A stretch of DNA of 63,605 nt, filler included, from Octopus bimaculoides (lineage: Eukaryota): assembly GCF_001194135.2 (NCBI RefSeq). It is 4 parts of 4 records of this genome, joined end to end, with 100 filler letters (N's around TTAATTAATTAA, not from the genome) between each part and the next. Parts side by side here need not be neighbours in the genome. Positions count along the whole stretch, not along the records: positions 45,814 to 57,930 come from NC_068983.1; positions 58,031 to 63,605 come from NC_068982.1; 2 more parts are not named here. One strand, given 5' to 3'. Below the pieces are notes generated by a model, which had not been told where the DNA came from, searched no databases, and worked only from the letters and a program-made list of their open reading frames with translations. Made by a program: the position numbers and the translations under genes. Shown piece after piece: positions 50,858 to 63,605 of this stretch. The stretch's first letter is position 1. Each line of letters begins with the position of its first letter.

Positions 50858-51163
50858 AGTACTAATAAAATACAAAAGAACAGGTATGCTATTCAATGCT
50901 TTATAGAACATACATGCATTTCAGCATTTACCATCATGATTGTGTAATTGCTGTTGAAACATTATATAATCATGTAATTTACCTCTTCAGTGTTCAGCAA
51001 GAAATATTTCTTGCTGAAATATTTCTTGAAGAGGTGAATTACAAGATTACAAGATTATATGTTTCAACTACAATTATGCAATCATGATGGTAATATGTTG
51101 AAATGCATATATGTTCTATAGAACATTGAATACCATACCTGTTTTCTGTATATTATTAATACT
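50858..51163. mobile_element. Fold-back MITE with palindromic centre
   Basis: About 130-bp imperfect arms (e.g. TTTACCATCATGATTGTGTAATTG / CAATTATGCAATCATGATGGTAA). Centre TTCAGCAAGAAAT-ATTTCTTGCTGAA. Confidence 0.8.
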
Positions 51164-51764
51164 ATTACATGGCTCATATTCCACATGCACTAACCTATCC
51201 CATGGTTTGATGCCCCACATTGTGCTGTACTGTCTATAGGAGTGGCATGTGGGAACCAAACTTAGGCTGTATGTTGCGCTTCACAACATGTATATTCTCT
51301 TCACTACATATACACTAATACTTCACATCAACCACACCTCCATCTTTGTTCATCATTCGTCATAGTCACTTCTATCCCCATCTCTAACCATCTGTTACTT
51401 TCCCCTCATGCTTTTATGAATGTGTTCATTCTCTCCTCCCATTCCATGACCCACAGCCCATATCTGTTCTTACGCTCACCTCCTTGTACCTTGAATGTTT
51501 GCTCTGGCGCTCCCTCCATCATTACCTTCTTTTATCTCTTTTCTCAACTCCTCCCACCCCTATATAATATGGGGTGGCCATGTATCTCTTCCACAGCAAG
51601 ACACCTGCACTTGTCTCTTAATCATGCTTTGTCCTTTCACAACCTGGCATAAGCCACCACCACCACCCCATCTCAAATGCACCCCCACCAACTTAGTAGC
51701 AGCAGCTTTTTCCTTTTCCTTTAGCCCTGGTCTTTCTCTGTCTTGCAAGTTACTCAGCAATGCC

Positions 51765-51970
51765 ACTCATGCCAGTGGCATAAAAAATGTACCTAGAATG
51801 CACTGTAATGTGGTTAGGAAGGACATCCAATAGTAGAAACCATGCCAAAGCCGACACAGGAACTCAGTGCAACCCTGCAGCTTGCCAAATCATGTCAAAC
51901 CATCCAACCCATGCCAGCATAGAAAACAAATGTTAAATGATGATGATGATGATGATGATGATGATAATGA
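51765..51970 (+). mobile_element. RTE-type LINE/SINE 3' tail ending in (ATG)n
   Basis: GTGGTTAGGAAGGACATCCA...CAAACCATCCAACCCATGCCAGCATAGAAAAC...TAAATGATGATGATG. Confidence 0.6.
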
Positions 51971-52118
51971 TGTACATTCTAAATGACATTCATGAATCTT
52001 CTGCAATGAAACTGCTTCAGTTTCACCACACAAGCTTAGATCAAGTCACATGCCAATGTCTTATGCCTGAAATTTGGTAGACAGAAACTGTAAGAATGCT
52101 CGTGTGCATGTGTGTGTT

Positions 52119-52160
<42 letters not shown>

Positions 52161-53574
52161 TGTGTGAGTGAGTGTGTGTGTGTGTGTGTGTCTGCGTCTG
52201 TGTGTGCATGTACACGCATGCATGTGTGCACGCTTTCACATTGACATGGCTTGGATAGTGATGATATTTATGCCCCCATGAGCAACATTTCCTGCAACTC
52301 CACAGTCAGATATGCTTAGATCAAAAGAAGAAAGTACCTTACTTGAAAACAAGTAAGTGTTGGCACTATGAAGCGAATCTGGCTATAGAATACCGCCTTA
52401 ATGAGTTTCATTCTACCCAGGCCAGCATAGGAAAAGCGCACATGAAAATGGTGCTGCTATTCATCATGATGATGATGAGGAGGAGGAGGAGGAGGAGGAC
52501 AACGATGACAATGACAATGATTATGATGATTATTCATTAACTACATTCACAGGTAAAACTACTTAGCATAACCGCCTTACAGTGTTAAAAATCCTTCTAC
52601 AAACAAAACTACAAGCAAAATATTTTTGTATTCACCATTTACTAGTTTACACATGTTTGAGCATTCATAAGTGCACCACAGGGGCCTTCATAGGAATTTT
52701 TCAAGAAAATAGTTTTTTTATAGATTTTACACTTTATTTGTAGAGTTTTTCTATAGAAATATTTATATTTTCTGAACATTGAAATTTGCCCACATGTGGA
52801 ACCTCTAATTCATGCCAAGTTGTTTTCAGTGGTAGATGAGCAGAATCAACCTTGTGTATATACACAAGCTTCAAATATCATATCTTTTGCCTGAGGAACA
52901 GAAACAAGAAATTTCAAGTAAGCAACACACAGATTCAGCTTTTAATAAATATATTACATGCATATATGCATACATACATACATACATACATACATACATA
53001 AGTATGTGCGTACATGCATACATACATACATACATACATACATACATACATACACACATACATAAGTATGTACGTACATGCATGCATACATACATACATA
53101 CATACATACACACAAACACATACATACACAACACACACACATACGTAAACACATTTACACTCAAACTTAAATACAAGAAAATAAAGCAATTTAAGGTTTT
53201 ATATAAATGAGTGGCCTGTTCAACTCACATTCGATTTAAGCTTTGCCTATTTTTGTCAATAGCCAAAGCAGACACCTCTTGTCATCAATATTATATCTAT
53301 TGCCTCCATTTGCTCCACCCACTGTTACGAACTAAGATCAATTTTCTCTTCCTACTATACCAAGTATCAACCATTATAGTCACAAGCTAAAATTCTTTCT
53401 TCTTGGTGCTGCAATCCTGACACTCATCCTCTTATTCACCAGCAACTGCTATTTTCATACTAATAGACGTTGAGAGGAGGGGGAGGGGGAGGGGGGAGTG
53501 TGGGTGATGTCTTTCTGTTTACACTGCAATGATGCTTTCGGTTACATTTTAAAAGGAAGATAAAGTTGTACATA

Positions 53575-53802
53575 TAGGTGCAGGAGTGGCTGTGTGGTAA
53601 GTTGCTTGCTTACCAACCACATGGTTCCAGGTTCAGTCCCACTGCATGGCACCTTGGGCAAGTGTCTTCTACCATANNNNNNNNNNGTTCCAGGTTCAGT
53701 CCCACTGCATGGCACCTTGGGCAAGTGTCTTCTACCATAGCCTCAGGCTGACCAAAGCCTTGTAAGTGGATTTGGTAGACGGAAACTGAAGGGAGTTCGT
53801 CG

Positions 53803-53842
<40 letters not shown>

Positions 53843-54068
53843 TATGTATGTATGTATGCATATGTTTGTGTGTCTGTGTTTGTCCCTCCCAACATTGCTT
53901 GACAACTGATGTTGGTGTGTTTACGTCCCTGTAACTTAGCAGTTCGGCAAAAAGAGACCAATAGAATAGGTACTAGGCTTACTAAGAATAAGCCTTGGGG
54001 TCGATTTGTTCAACTAAAGGTGGTGCTCCAGCATGACTGCAGTAAAATGACTGAAACAAATAAAAGAA
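53575..54068 (+). mobile_element. Main-family SINE, full length (about 50-bp duplication across a 10-N gap)
   Basis: Head, CORE-like segment, (GT)n and tail all present. Many CpG to TpG/CpA changes relative to the other copies. Confidence 0.85.
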
Positions 54069-55550
54069 TATAAATTAAGATATAAATATTGTTTACATCC
54101 TTAAAAAGGATGTTTGTAAGGATGTCTGTAAAGCATAGCTAAATTGGTTATGAAGTTTTTTATAGAATTTCTAGATCTCTGGTTCAATCCTGATGTATGG
54201 TACTTTGATCAACTATCTCCTAATGTAGCTTTGAATAGAGATAAGCCCTGTAAGTGAAACTGGGTTGACAAAAATTGTGTGGAGCCTATTAGACAGACTG
54301 TACTTGTAATTAAAAGGCTCCAGCCTTGTCACTTACTGCATCATGCAGATTCTATCTGTGAATTGCATTATGAGTACAAATCTATGAGAAACACTTAACC
54401 TTTTATACTATGATTCTATGAAGAGGTAGTTCTATTGATTGAACAGCTAAAACAGTCATTGTTGAGTGAGTTTGTTTCAACTTAATTCAATAAACAAACA
54501 TGACCAAAGGTTTTTTTCTACTTTTTGTAGCTATTTCTCTAATATAAATTAAGACCTTGGGAAAACCTTCAGGTCAAGTTGAGTCAACAAGAAAACCTGT
54601 AGGTGGTTACTCAATCTACAAGATATAGCAGCCAACAAATTTTCATTAAATAACACCTAACCATCTTAACACTTCACTACCTGAAAAACTGAAAAAGAAT
54701 GAGATAATCATAGCTGAAATGACTTTGATAGTAAGTTCTCAGCAGAACAGCTGACCTAGAGCTAACATATAGCAATATTGAGGTCAGAACTCATTTCAAC
54801 ATTCCCTAATGTCATAGGACCAACTGTCTGACGAGGGATGTCTGAGATCATAAAAGGTCAAGAAATAGACCTTATAGCTTTTGTTTATGGAACACCATAT
54901 ATATATATATATATCGTCGATTTGTGCAATCTCTATTGGATTGATTCAGGAGAACGAAACACACACGTCCTTCTTCAACGAAACCGGAAGTATATATTCT
55001 CAAATATCATCATTTCTAAAAATAGATTTGACATCAATTCTAAAAATAGCCAAACACCTACTGCTGCTGTCCAAAGGAATTGGTATAAAAGACAGAAAAC
55101 CAGCCAGCCTATTACAGTCTGTTAAAGTCTGTCATACCGGCCATGATGAAATACTACAAAGTATAGAAAATATGAAATACCACAAGGTATAGAAAATATT
55201 TGCCTTTATATATTTATATATTTANNNNNNNNNNNNNNNNNNNNNNNNNNNNNNNNNNNNNNNNNNNNNNNNNNNNNNNNNNNNNNNNNNNNNNNNNNNN
55301 NNNNNNNNNNNNNNNNNNNNNNNNNNNNNNNNNNNNNNNNNNNNNNNNNNNNNNNNNNNNNNNNNNNNNNNNNNNNNATATTATATTATATATTGTATAT
55401 TCCATATTCTATATCCCACATTGGTTTTGCAGGAATATAAATAAAACATAAAAAACAGACAGTGTTGGAACTCTTTTAAACAAAATAATATATTCCTCTA
55501 TACATAATCATACAAAAAAAAAAAACCTTTTTTTTGTATTTATTTTTACT

Positions 55551-55596
<46 letters not shown>

Positions 55597-57417
55597 TACA
55601 TACATACATACATACATACATACATACACACAAACCTATATTGATACATACATATATAAACATATGTATATGCACACACATGCACATGCTCACACACACA
55701 CACACAAACACTCACACACAAAGACAAAAGAATGGAGAATTACACATTCTTTAATCAGCTTTGCACATTTTAGATCAATTGGCAAGTTCCAAAACTCTGT
55801 GATGCAGTAATCATGCAAATTAATCAATCCCATGTTTGACTAAGATTCCACAGAGATACAGGAATTTAACATCATCCTGTCTTTATCAAAGCTATGCCAC
55901 ACTGGAACAGAGAACATTTTAAGGAGTTAGAGAGATCTTTAGCAGACCTACTTAGGAATTGTATGTATCAGAACATGCTAGAATTGTAATAAAATCCTTA
56001 GTTTTTTTCAATCCCACTCATCAACTTGAAGAATGCTTATGGCAAAATTCATACCCTATTCAAACTATTACTGACCAATTCAAATACACAGAGGAGGTAT
56101 GTATGTAGAACCAAGATATTCGGCAAATAATTGTTTAGCTCATGATGGAGATATCATTTGATCAGCATCAATTCTAAATTCAAACTATGAGTATGAGAAT
56201 TTTAAAGAAATAAACTATTAGATATTATTCACTAAGGAAGATATTCTATTTCAAAAAAATTGTTTTCCTTAAAAGAATAAATAGTTAAAAAATAAAATAA
56301 TTGTAATATGAACTTGCCAATCTATCTGAAGTGTGCATAAGCTGATTAAAGAATGTATAATTCTCCATTCTTTTTGTGTTTTGCTTCTATACTCTGTCAC
56401 CTTATATTAAATTTATTTGGCGTTTGAACTTTGGATTTACAAACTGGACAGGCAGTGGAAAGTAATTTTTATGACCTAATGGATTATAATATTACAATTG
56501 TTCCATTTGCCAAAGGGTTTGCAAGGTAGCAGCAGGCCTCAAAAGAGACATTCATGTCCATAGAACATGATTAACACTTTATTTTACTGAACCTTCATTT
56601 GTCATTCACAACAAGAGAATCCATCATATATATATATACATATATATGTATGTATGTATGTATGTATATATATATGAACATCTCCAAAATCCAACAATTT
56701 TCAAGTCACAAATAGAAACTTCTAAAAAGTACTTGGGAGATTCCTTTAAAATTTTTAGCTGTTGTAAACCATGTGTGAGCCATCATCTGTTGAAAGTAAC
56801 ATCACTCACGCTGGTCTGGGTTGAGCAGATTCATTTTGGCAAGAACCATACACTCCAAAGAGAAACCGTTTAATGCATGAGATTAAACTAGCACATAAAA
56901 CTAACTGCATAGAATATGTATAAAGTGTATTATGAAATGTAAATGGATTATATATTTAGATATGAGTCCTGCCCCAAAACTGTCCTATTGTGTAGATGCA
57001 AACATGCAACCATTCTAAAATGTGAAAAAAACACAAAATACAAAGCACTTTCAGTTCCAAGTAGTTCAGACAAAGGACTATTAACTGAAGTAATGATTTA
57101 TCATGCTTTATTCAGATCCAGCACGCTACTATGGATCATTAATATTGCATACAAATCTAATATGAACAGGCTAAGCAGATCTGATCAGATACTACCTCAT
57201 TTTGTTATGCTATGTACTACCTAAAGAGGTATAATAGCACAACTATCAACCTATAAAAGGCTTTCTTTATCACACTTGCACACACATACACTTCACTATA
57301 AGGACACTCACTCTGGCCTGGATGGTCACAGTAAGAACAATAATAACACTCTTATCTTCAAAACATTAGTAATCTTGTAAATAAGAACATTATTACCTTC
57401 ACTTTAGAAATAAAGAA

Positions 57418-57555
57418 GAGCAGTCAGAATCATTAGAGCGTTGGACAAAATGCTTTAGGTCTTTTTCTGGCTCTTTGCAGTTCAAGTTCTATCAAGATCA
57501 ATTCTGCATTTCATTATCCTGGGGTCAATAAAATAAAGTACCAATCAAGGTGTTA
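57418..57555 (+). mobile_element. Second-family SINE head, diverged
   Basis: CAGAATCATTAGAGCGTTGGACAAAATGCTT...GTTCAAGTTC...CCTGGGGTCAATAAAATAAAGTACC. Confidence 0.5.
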
Positions 57556-57849
57556 GAGTGGAACCCTCTCTCTCCCACCTCTACTATCATATCTTTGAAG
57601 GTTTTGCTGGCTCTCAGGTGCAAGGGTCAAGAAAGTATCTGTCTGCTCTTGACTAGACAGGCATCCAAAATAGGAGTGAAGGCATGATATATGCTACTAT
57701 CAAGTAATAGTTAACTAGCGTTACTTATGTAAATTTCATGGTTATTTTGAATATTGCATGATGGAATTGTATATTTTCTGAAACATTTTGATTCTTGAGA
57801 TGTACAATTCCACATAGATAGTATTAGATAGTACTGAAGGTACAATCAA

Positions 57850-57914
<65 letters not shown>

Positions 57915-57930
57915 CCTTCTATCCTTCATT

Positions 57931-58030
57931 NNNNNNNNNNNNNNNNNNNNNNNNNNNNNNNNNNNNNNNNNNNNTTAATTAATTAANNNNNNNNNNNNNN
58001 NNNNNNNNNNNNNNNNNNNNNNNNNNNNNN
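57931..58030. other. Assembly linker N44-TTAATTAATTAA-N44
   Basis: Identical to the other two linkers. Confidence 0.9.
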
Positions 58031-58778
58031 GTCTCCACCGTCATGATTTTGTTCCCAACTTTTTATTACCTTAAATCCTAAATTTTATTTTAGAATTTAC
58101 GGGATCAACTTTTAGAAAAGTTGCTGGGGTCGATTTGTTCTACTAAAATTTGCTAAGGCGATGCCCCAGCATGGCTGCAGTCTATCGACTGAAACAAGTA
58201 AATGATAAAGTACATATATATATATATATTTGATTAATAAATTCAAAAAGGGATAAAACTCTTTTACAAGAATTTTATCAAGAAGCCAGTGTGTAAAAAA
58301 TTCATAAGGGAAATTTCTATTCCCAAGAATATAATTATTCGTTTATATTTATATAAGGGGCGTTACTACAGAAAAATAATGCCACACACTGGACTTCCCA
58401 AAATAAACACATTTAGTACCGAATGCGAGGAAAAACAACCAACAGAAGAAGACCAACTTTCTTTTAAATAACTCAACTATGTATCGACCGATTTCGCGAT
58501 TATTAGAATGAATCTAGACTCCGCTCATCAGCATAGTATTGTTTAAGTACATAACTGTTGTAGCTTTTTTGCAACAAATTTTATTCAACAAAAACAATAA
58601 CAATATTTAATAAAAACATATTTAAATGATTATTCCGGAGCATATTCAACATCTACTTCAATTACTGCTTCCCATTTGCTTGGCAGACGGTCAGACTGTC
58701 ATTTAAAGATGTTTTTCTTAAACACACACACACACTCTCTCTCTCAAGCATACACACACACTCTCTCTCTCGCTCTCT

Positions 58779-58822
<44 letters not shown>

Positions 58823-58999
58823 CTCTCTCTCGCTCTCTCAAACACACACACACACTCTCTCTCTCTCCCTCTCTCTCAAACACACATACATTCGTATAAT
58901 GGTTTAAACGTTTAATTTTGCATTGATAAGCATGAAAATATTTGACGCTGTGGCTCTTTATTATCCTTATTTTGTTTCTGAAAGTTATTCAAATCATAT

Positions 59000-59690
59000 T
59001 TGAAATAGAATATCTTCAACCTGGAATTGAAACCGGCCATTGATACACGAAGAATGGTAATCCTCAAATGCGTATAACCTTGCCAGGTTGTCTCACAAGC
59101 CATGAATTATTAAAAATTCTTAGATATCCATTGATTATCCCAGACGCAACACCAATAGTTTTGAGAAGGAAGAGTATTCTAACAAATGGTGGATTTCACC
59201 GAAGGACATGACAAAGTCTGATATAAATACAATAAAAGGTGCCAATAAGAGATTAATTATCAATTTTTATCGATCTTTTTAAAGCCATTAAACTGCCTTG
59301 CTCTGTCAAGAGGTACCTTTAAGTAAGTTTCCGAAGTTAAAATACAGCTAAATTTTTACTCTCCCACGCCAAAAGTCAAAGTGTACGCAAAAATAAGTAT
59401 CGACTGTTCCCACTTGATTACCAACCATATTTACTTCTGTTGAGGACAAAAAGAGATTTCGATTCTTTAAAAAGACCCCCATATCGCAATCTATAAAGGA
59501 ATTTTAAGAACATCTCTTCCTCTGTATATACATACAGATTATTGAAAAGGTTGCAAGACGCAACGAAAATTTTAGAAAAATTAAAATAAGTGGAAATTTT
59601 ACCGGTGAGTGTGTTAAATTATAAGGTACCAAAAGAGAATGACTCTCCCCAGACACAACAGAATATGCTTCAACACACGAACTCACATAA
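59000..59690 (-). pseudogene. Possible Helitron Rep-region remnant
   Basis: LLVPYN...SIICMYIQRK (cf. VVPYN...KYICKYINKG) followed downstream by DNQWIS...ACETTW (cf. RWIS..EA.WR). Very degraded. Confidence 0.4.
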
Positions 59691-59711
59691 AGAATCTTGC
59701 AAACCGAATAT

Positions 59712-60087
59712 TCTTTTATTCTTTTACTTGTTTTCAGTCATTTGACTGCGGCCATGCTGGAGCACTGCCTTTAGTCCAACAAATCTACTCCAGCACTTAT
59801 TTTTTGTAAGCCTAGTACCTATTCTATCAGTCACTTTTGCCGAATCGCTAAGTTACGGGGACGTAAACATACCAATATCGGTTGTCAAGTGATGGTAGGT
59901 GCAGAAACACAGACACACAAATACGACAGGCTTCTTTCAGTTTCCGTCTACCAAATCCACTCACAAGGCTTTAGTCAGCCCGAGGCTGTAGTAGAGAACA
60001 CCTGCACAAAGTGCCACTGAGTGGGAGTGAACCCGGAACCATAGGGTTGGGAAGCAAGCTTCTTACCACACAGCCACTCCTCCACCT
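59712..60087 (-). mobile_element. Main-family SINE, full length
   Basis: Tail TTTCAGTCATTTGACTGCGGCCATGCTGGAGCAC through head CTTACCACACAGCCACTCC. Confidence 0.85.
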
Positions 60088-60886
60088 GCTAGATTTTTCT
60101 GAATCTTTTCATTCTGAAGAGTGCAGAGTACTTTCCATCGATCGAATAATTATATTTCGGCGGTTGGATGGTACTTAGGAACAATAAACGGCAAAAAACA
60201 ACAATAATACCAACAACAACAGAAAGTGGGAAAGAAATAGAGGGAGAGAGGGAGAGAGAGAGAGAGGGAGGGAGAGAGAGAGAGTGCCCTTCTTGTTGCC
60301 NNNNNNNNNNCAACAGAAAGTGGGAAAGAAATAGAGGGAGAGAGGGAGAGAGAGAGAGAGGGAGGGAGAGAGAGAGAGTGCCCTTCTTGTTGCCAACTGT
60401 GTCGAAAGAAGAGAAAAGAGCAAGGTGAAAACTTCATTTAAGCGATAGGCGTTGGTCAAATAAAAGAAAAGATTAAAAGCAAAAATGAAATCAATGATTA
60501 AAAAGCCTAAGATAATTCTTAAATGTGCGTTACCAGTTTTGCCCAAGACTCATACACGCACGCACACACACACACACACATGCATACAAACCGCGACACA
60601 CACACGCACACATACAGACACACACGCACGCACACACAGACACAGACGCGCGCGTGCATACAAACCGCCACACATGCACGCACAAATACAAACACGCGCG
60701 CACACCTCACACACACACGTACATACACACATACGCACACACACACACAGACACACAAACCGCCACACACACACGCACACACACACACATACATACAGAC
60801 ACACACGTACGCACACACGCATACAAGCCGCCACACTTACACACACACGCACACATACAGATACACACATGCACACATCTCATATA

Positions 60887-61415
60887 AAGTAATCCCTCAA
60901 CTATCGCGAGTGTTACGTTCCAAAATCCCCCGCGATAGGTAAGAATCCGCGAAGTAAAAACAGTTCTGTGCTGTATATATTTTATTATCATTTTTATAAT
61001 TTGTATGTATTTATTGAGTAGACAACTCAACGGAAAGATGACGTCATCCATGGTCAGCGATGACCGACGGAGGCCTATGACACACTCGCCTCCCGAGTTT
61101 CATTTTCCATACAATATGTGCAATTCTTTGTTTCTTTATCTACGGTATTTTCTTTTAATATATTTTAATTAACTTGTTATACAGTGCAGTGCTGTACTTT
61201 GTTTTAATTAACTAATTAATTAATTTTTACGCGTCAAAATGCTTATTATACCACAGAAATAATTTAAATCGTAAAAGAAATATAAATACCTATCAGCCAC
61301 AGATGCCCGCGATAAACTGAGGAGTCCGCGATATAAATTTACATATATCAACCAGAAAAATCCGCGATGTACTGAAGGCGCGATAAGTGAACCGCAATAT
61401 GGCGAGTGATTACTG
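60887..61415. mobile_element. Tc1/mariner (pogo/Tigger-like) MITE
   Basis: Termini TA|AAGTAATCCCTCAACTATCGCG and CCGCAATATGGCGAGTGATTACTG|TA. Repeated CCGCGAT motifs in both subterminal regions. Confidence 0.7.
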
Positions 61416-61539
61416 TATATCGTTTACGTCATACGAGTTTAGAAACATGGAGAGTTTCTAAACCCTTCGATTTTTTTCATCCTAAAGGCGACATCATGAC
61501 CGCTGCTCTGAGAACAGTGTAAAAGCTGTAAGACGTAGA

Positions 61540-61850
61540 CAGCCGCGACGCAGTCTACGTAGCCACGGCCAACAGAAGCGTGACGGTCTTTGGATGGTCG
61601 GACTTTGATTCTCAGAGGGTTTCTCCGCCTTCCCACTCCGTCCTCCCGATTCTAATCGCATGGATTGCGATCTGTGGATTACGGAGTTGAGAAAGAAAGA
61701 CACCAATCGTTCTGCCTGCAACACCAAGGCTGAGCTGGTGACCAAGATCAAAACGGTGTTCGAGGATCTTCCCAAGGAAACAGTGAGGAACGCACGTTCC
61801 AGGTTCCGGATCCGTTTCGAGGCGATTTCAGTAAACTGTTCTCTCCCGAT
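61540..61850 (+). pseudogene. Tc1/mariner-superfamily transposase C-terminal remnant
   Basis: PPDSNRMDCDLW (cf. WPPNSPDLNPMDY.VW), then DTNRSACNTKAELVTKIKTVFEDLPKETVRNARSRFRIRFEAI. Confidence 0.7.
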
Positions 61851-61913
61851 TATAATCGAGATAATGTATTTTAAGATGCTTTTGTTTTTGGATGGGATGG
61901 TTTTTTTCCTTTT

Positions 61914-61956
<43 letters not shown>

Positions 61957-62689
61957 CATACACACATACATACAAACACACATACATACATACACATATA
62001 CATGCACACACATACACACACATACATACACACATACATACACACATACATACGCACACATACATATATACATACACACATACATACACACACATACACA
62101 CACATACGTACAAACACATACACATATATACACACACATACACACACATACATACATACGCACGCACACACACAAACATACACACACATACATACATACG
62201 CACGCACACACACACACATATATGTATATATCCGTGGTATTTTCCGAAAATCTCTTTGGAATTTCATGATTCCAGAGAAGAAATTACCGGACCGACTAAT
62301 TCTTTAGAACATCAGACAAAATTCCCTCGGCGTATTTGTTCTGGATCCTTACATTCTAGGTTCAAATCCACTGAGATCAATGTTTACGCTTAACTCTTAA
62401 CCTTTAAATCTTCCGAAATTAATGAAATAAAGGGCCGACCAAATACTGAGGTCAATTTAATCTGCTAATCTCCAATTCCGCAGATTTTGTGACCTTAATC
62501 CGATATTAGAAGCAATTTTCAAATCGATGTTATTCAAATTTACTACATACCTAAATGCACAGATTCAGATTTCTCATCCATACACATGGAGGTGCCCCAG
62601 AATGGCCGGTGTCCAATGACTGAAACAAGCAAGAGAGAAAAGATAAAAGACACACATACATACATGCGAAAGGCACACGTATATCTATG

Positions 62690-63010
62690 TGGCTTAGTGG
62701 TTAGGGCAATCGGCTCAAGATCGTAAGGTCGTGCGTTCAATTCCCGGCGATGCGTTGTGTCATTTTATTTAAAGAGAGACACTTTATTTCACGTTGCCCC
62801 AGTCCACTCAGCTGGTAAAAATGAGTAGTACTTCTATTTCAAAGGGGCCAGCCTTGTCACACTCTGTGTCACGCTGAATATCTCCGAGAACTACGTTAAG
62901 GGTACACGTGTCTGTGGAGTGCTCAGCCACTTGCACGTTAATTTCACGAGCATGCTGTTCCGTTGATCGGATCAGTTGGGATCCTCGTCGCCGTAACAGA
63001 CGGAGTGCTC
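62690..63010 (+). mobile_element. Third tRNA-derived SINE family, ending in (TACA)n
   Basis: A-box GTGGCTTAGTGG, B-box GTTCAATTCCC, unique body. A fragment of the body recurs at about 54310-54370. Confidence 0.7.
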
Positions 63011-63200
63011 CTACATACATACATACATACATACATACACACGCATACATATGACTATGAACGGAAACCCACACACACGCACCCACATCGTATACATGTA
63101 TACGATGTGGGTATATAAATTCATTTACACTCTGCGTAACATTGAGTTCTTTCATAATGCCATTATAGCCATGTCGGAATCTTCAGTGTGCCTGTATATA

Positions 63201-63381
63201 TTCTTTTATTCTTTTGCTTGTGTTAGTCAATTGACTGCCGCCATGCTGTAGCACCGCCTTAAGTCGAGCAAATCGACCACAGGACTTAATCTTTGTAAGC
63301 CTAGTACTTATTCTATCGGTCTCTTTTGCCAAAGACCTAAGTTTACGAGTACGTAAACACACCAGAATCGGTTGTCAAGCG
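63201..63381 (-). mobile_element. Main-family SINE, 3' half
   Basis: Reverse complement of the family tail. Confidence 0.8.
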
Positions 63382-63570
63382 TTCGGGTCAACAACTGAAC
63401 ATAACAGCACCCCTCGAAAAAGCAATCATATATGAAAAATACACCATGGTCCACAAACACATAAGAAAAAATATATAATATAAATAATACGTATACATAA
63501 AACACACTGTAAAAAATACATATATTCTAATAAAATACAGATATATCTAATCCGAGTTGAAAATATAACA

Positions 63571-63605
<35 letters not shown>

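Overview
Repeat-dense, AT-rich eukaryotic genomic DNA, most likely from an octopod cephalopod. That assignment is inferred from the dominant tRNA/CORE-type SINE families and the very high microsatellite load. No intact, recognisable host gene is present, and most ORF-track entries are microsatellite or N-gap artefacts. Supported content: a rearranged Ty3/Gypsy LTR element (2036-5384, minus) carrying an intronless, decayed GRHPR-like (glyoxylate/hydroxypyruvate reductase) copy in antisense; a near full-length decayed CR1-like LINE (about 5890-9660) whose 3' end matches the tail of the main SINE family; Tx1/L1, CR1, RTE, mariner and Helitron remnants; many SINEs; and several fold-back MITEs, one with an 8-bp TSD and internal TTAGGG-like repeats nested in a SINE. 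There are also several hammerhead-ribozyme-like motifs of the kind found in Penelope-like elements and retrozymes. The best preserved lies in a head-to-head palindromic element built as tRNA-like head, (TAA)n, hammerhead (49736-50310). Three N44-TTAATTAATTAA-N44 linkers show the window is stitched from at least four pieces, so long-range adjacency is uncertain. All calls are by eye, and coordinates of degraded repeats are approximate.
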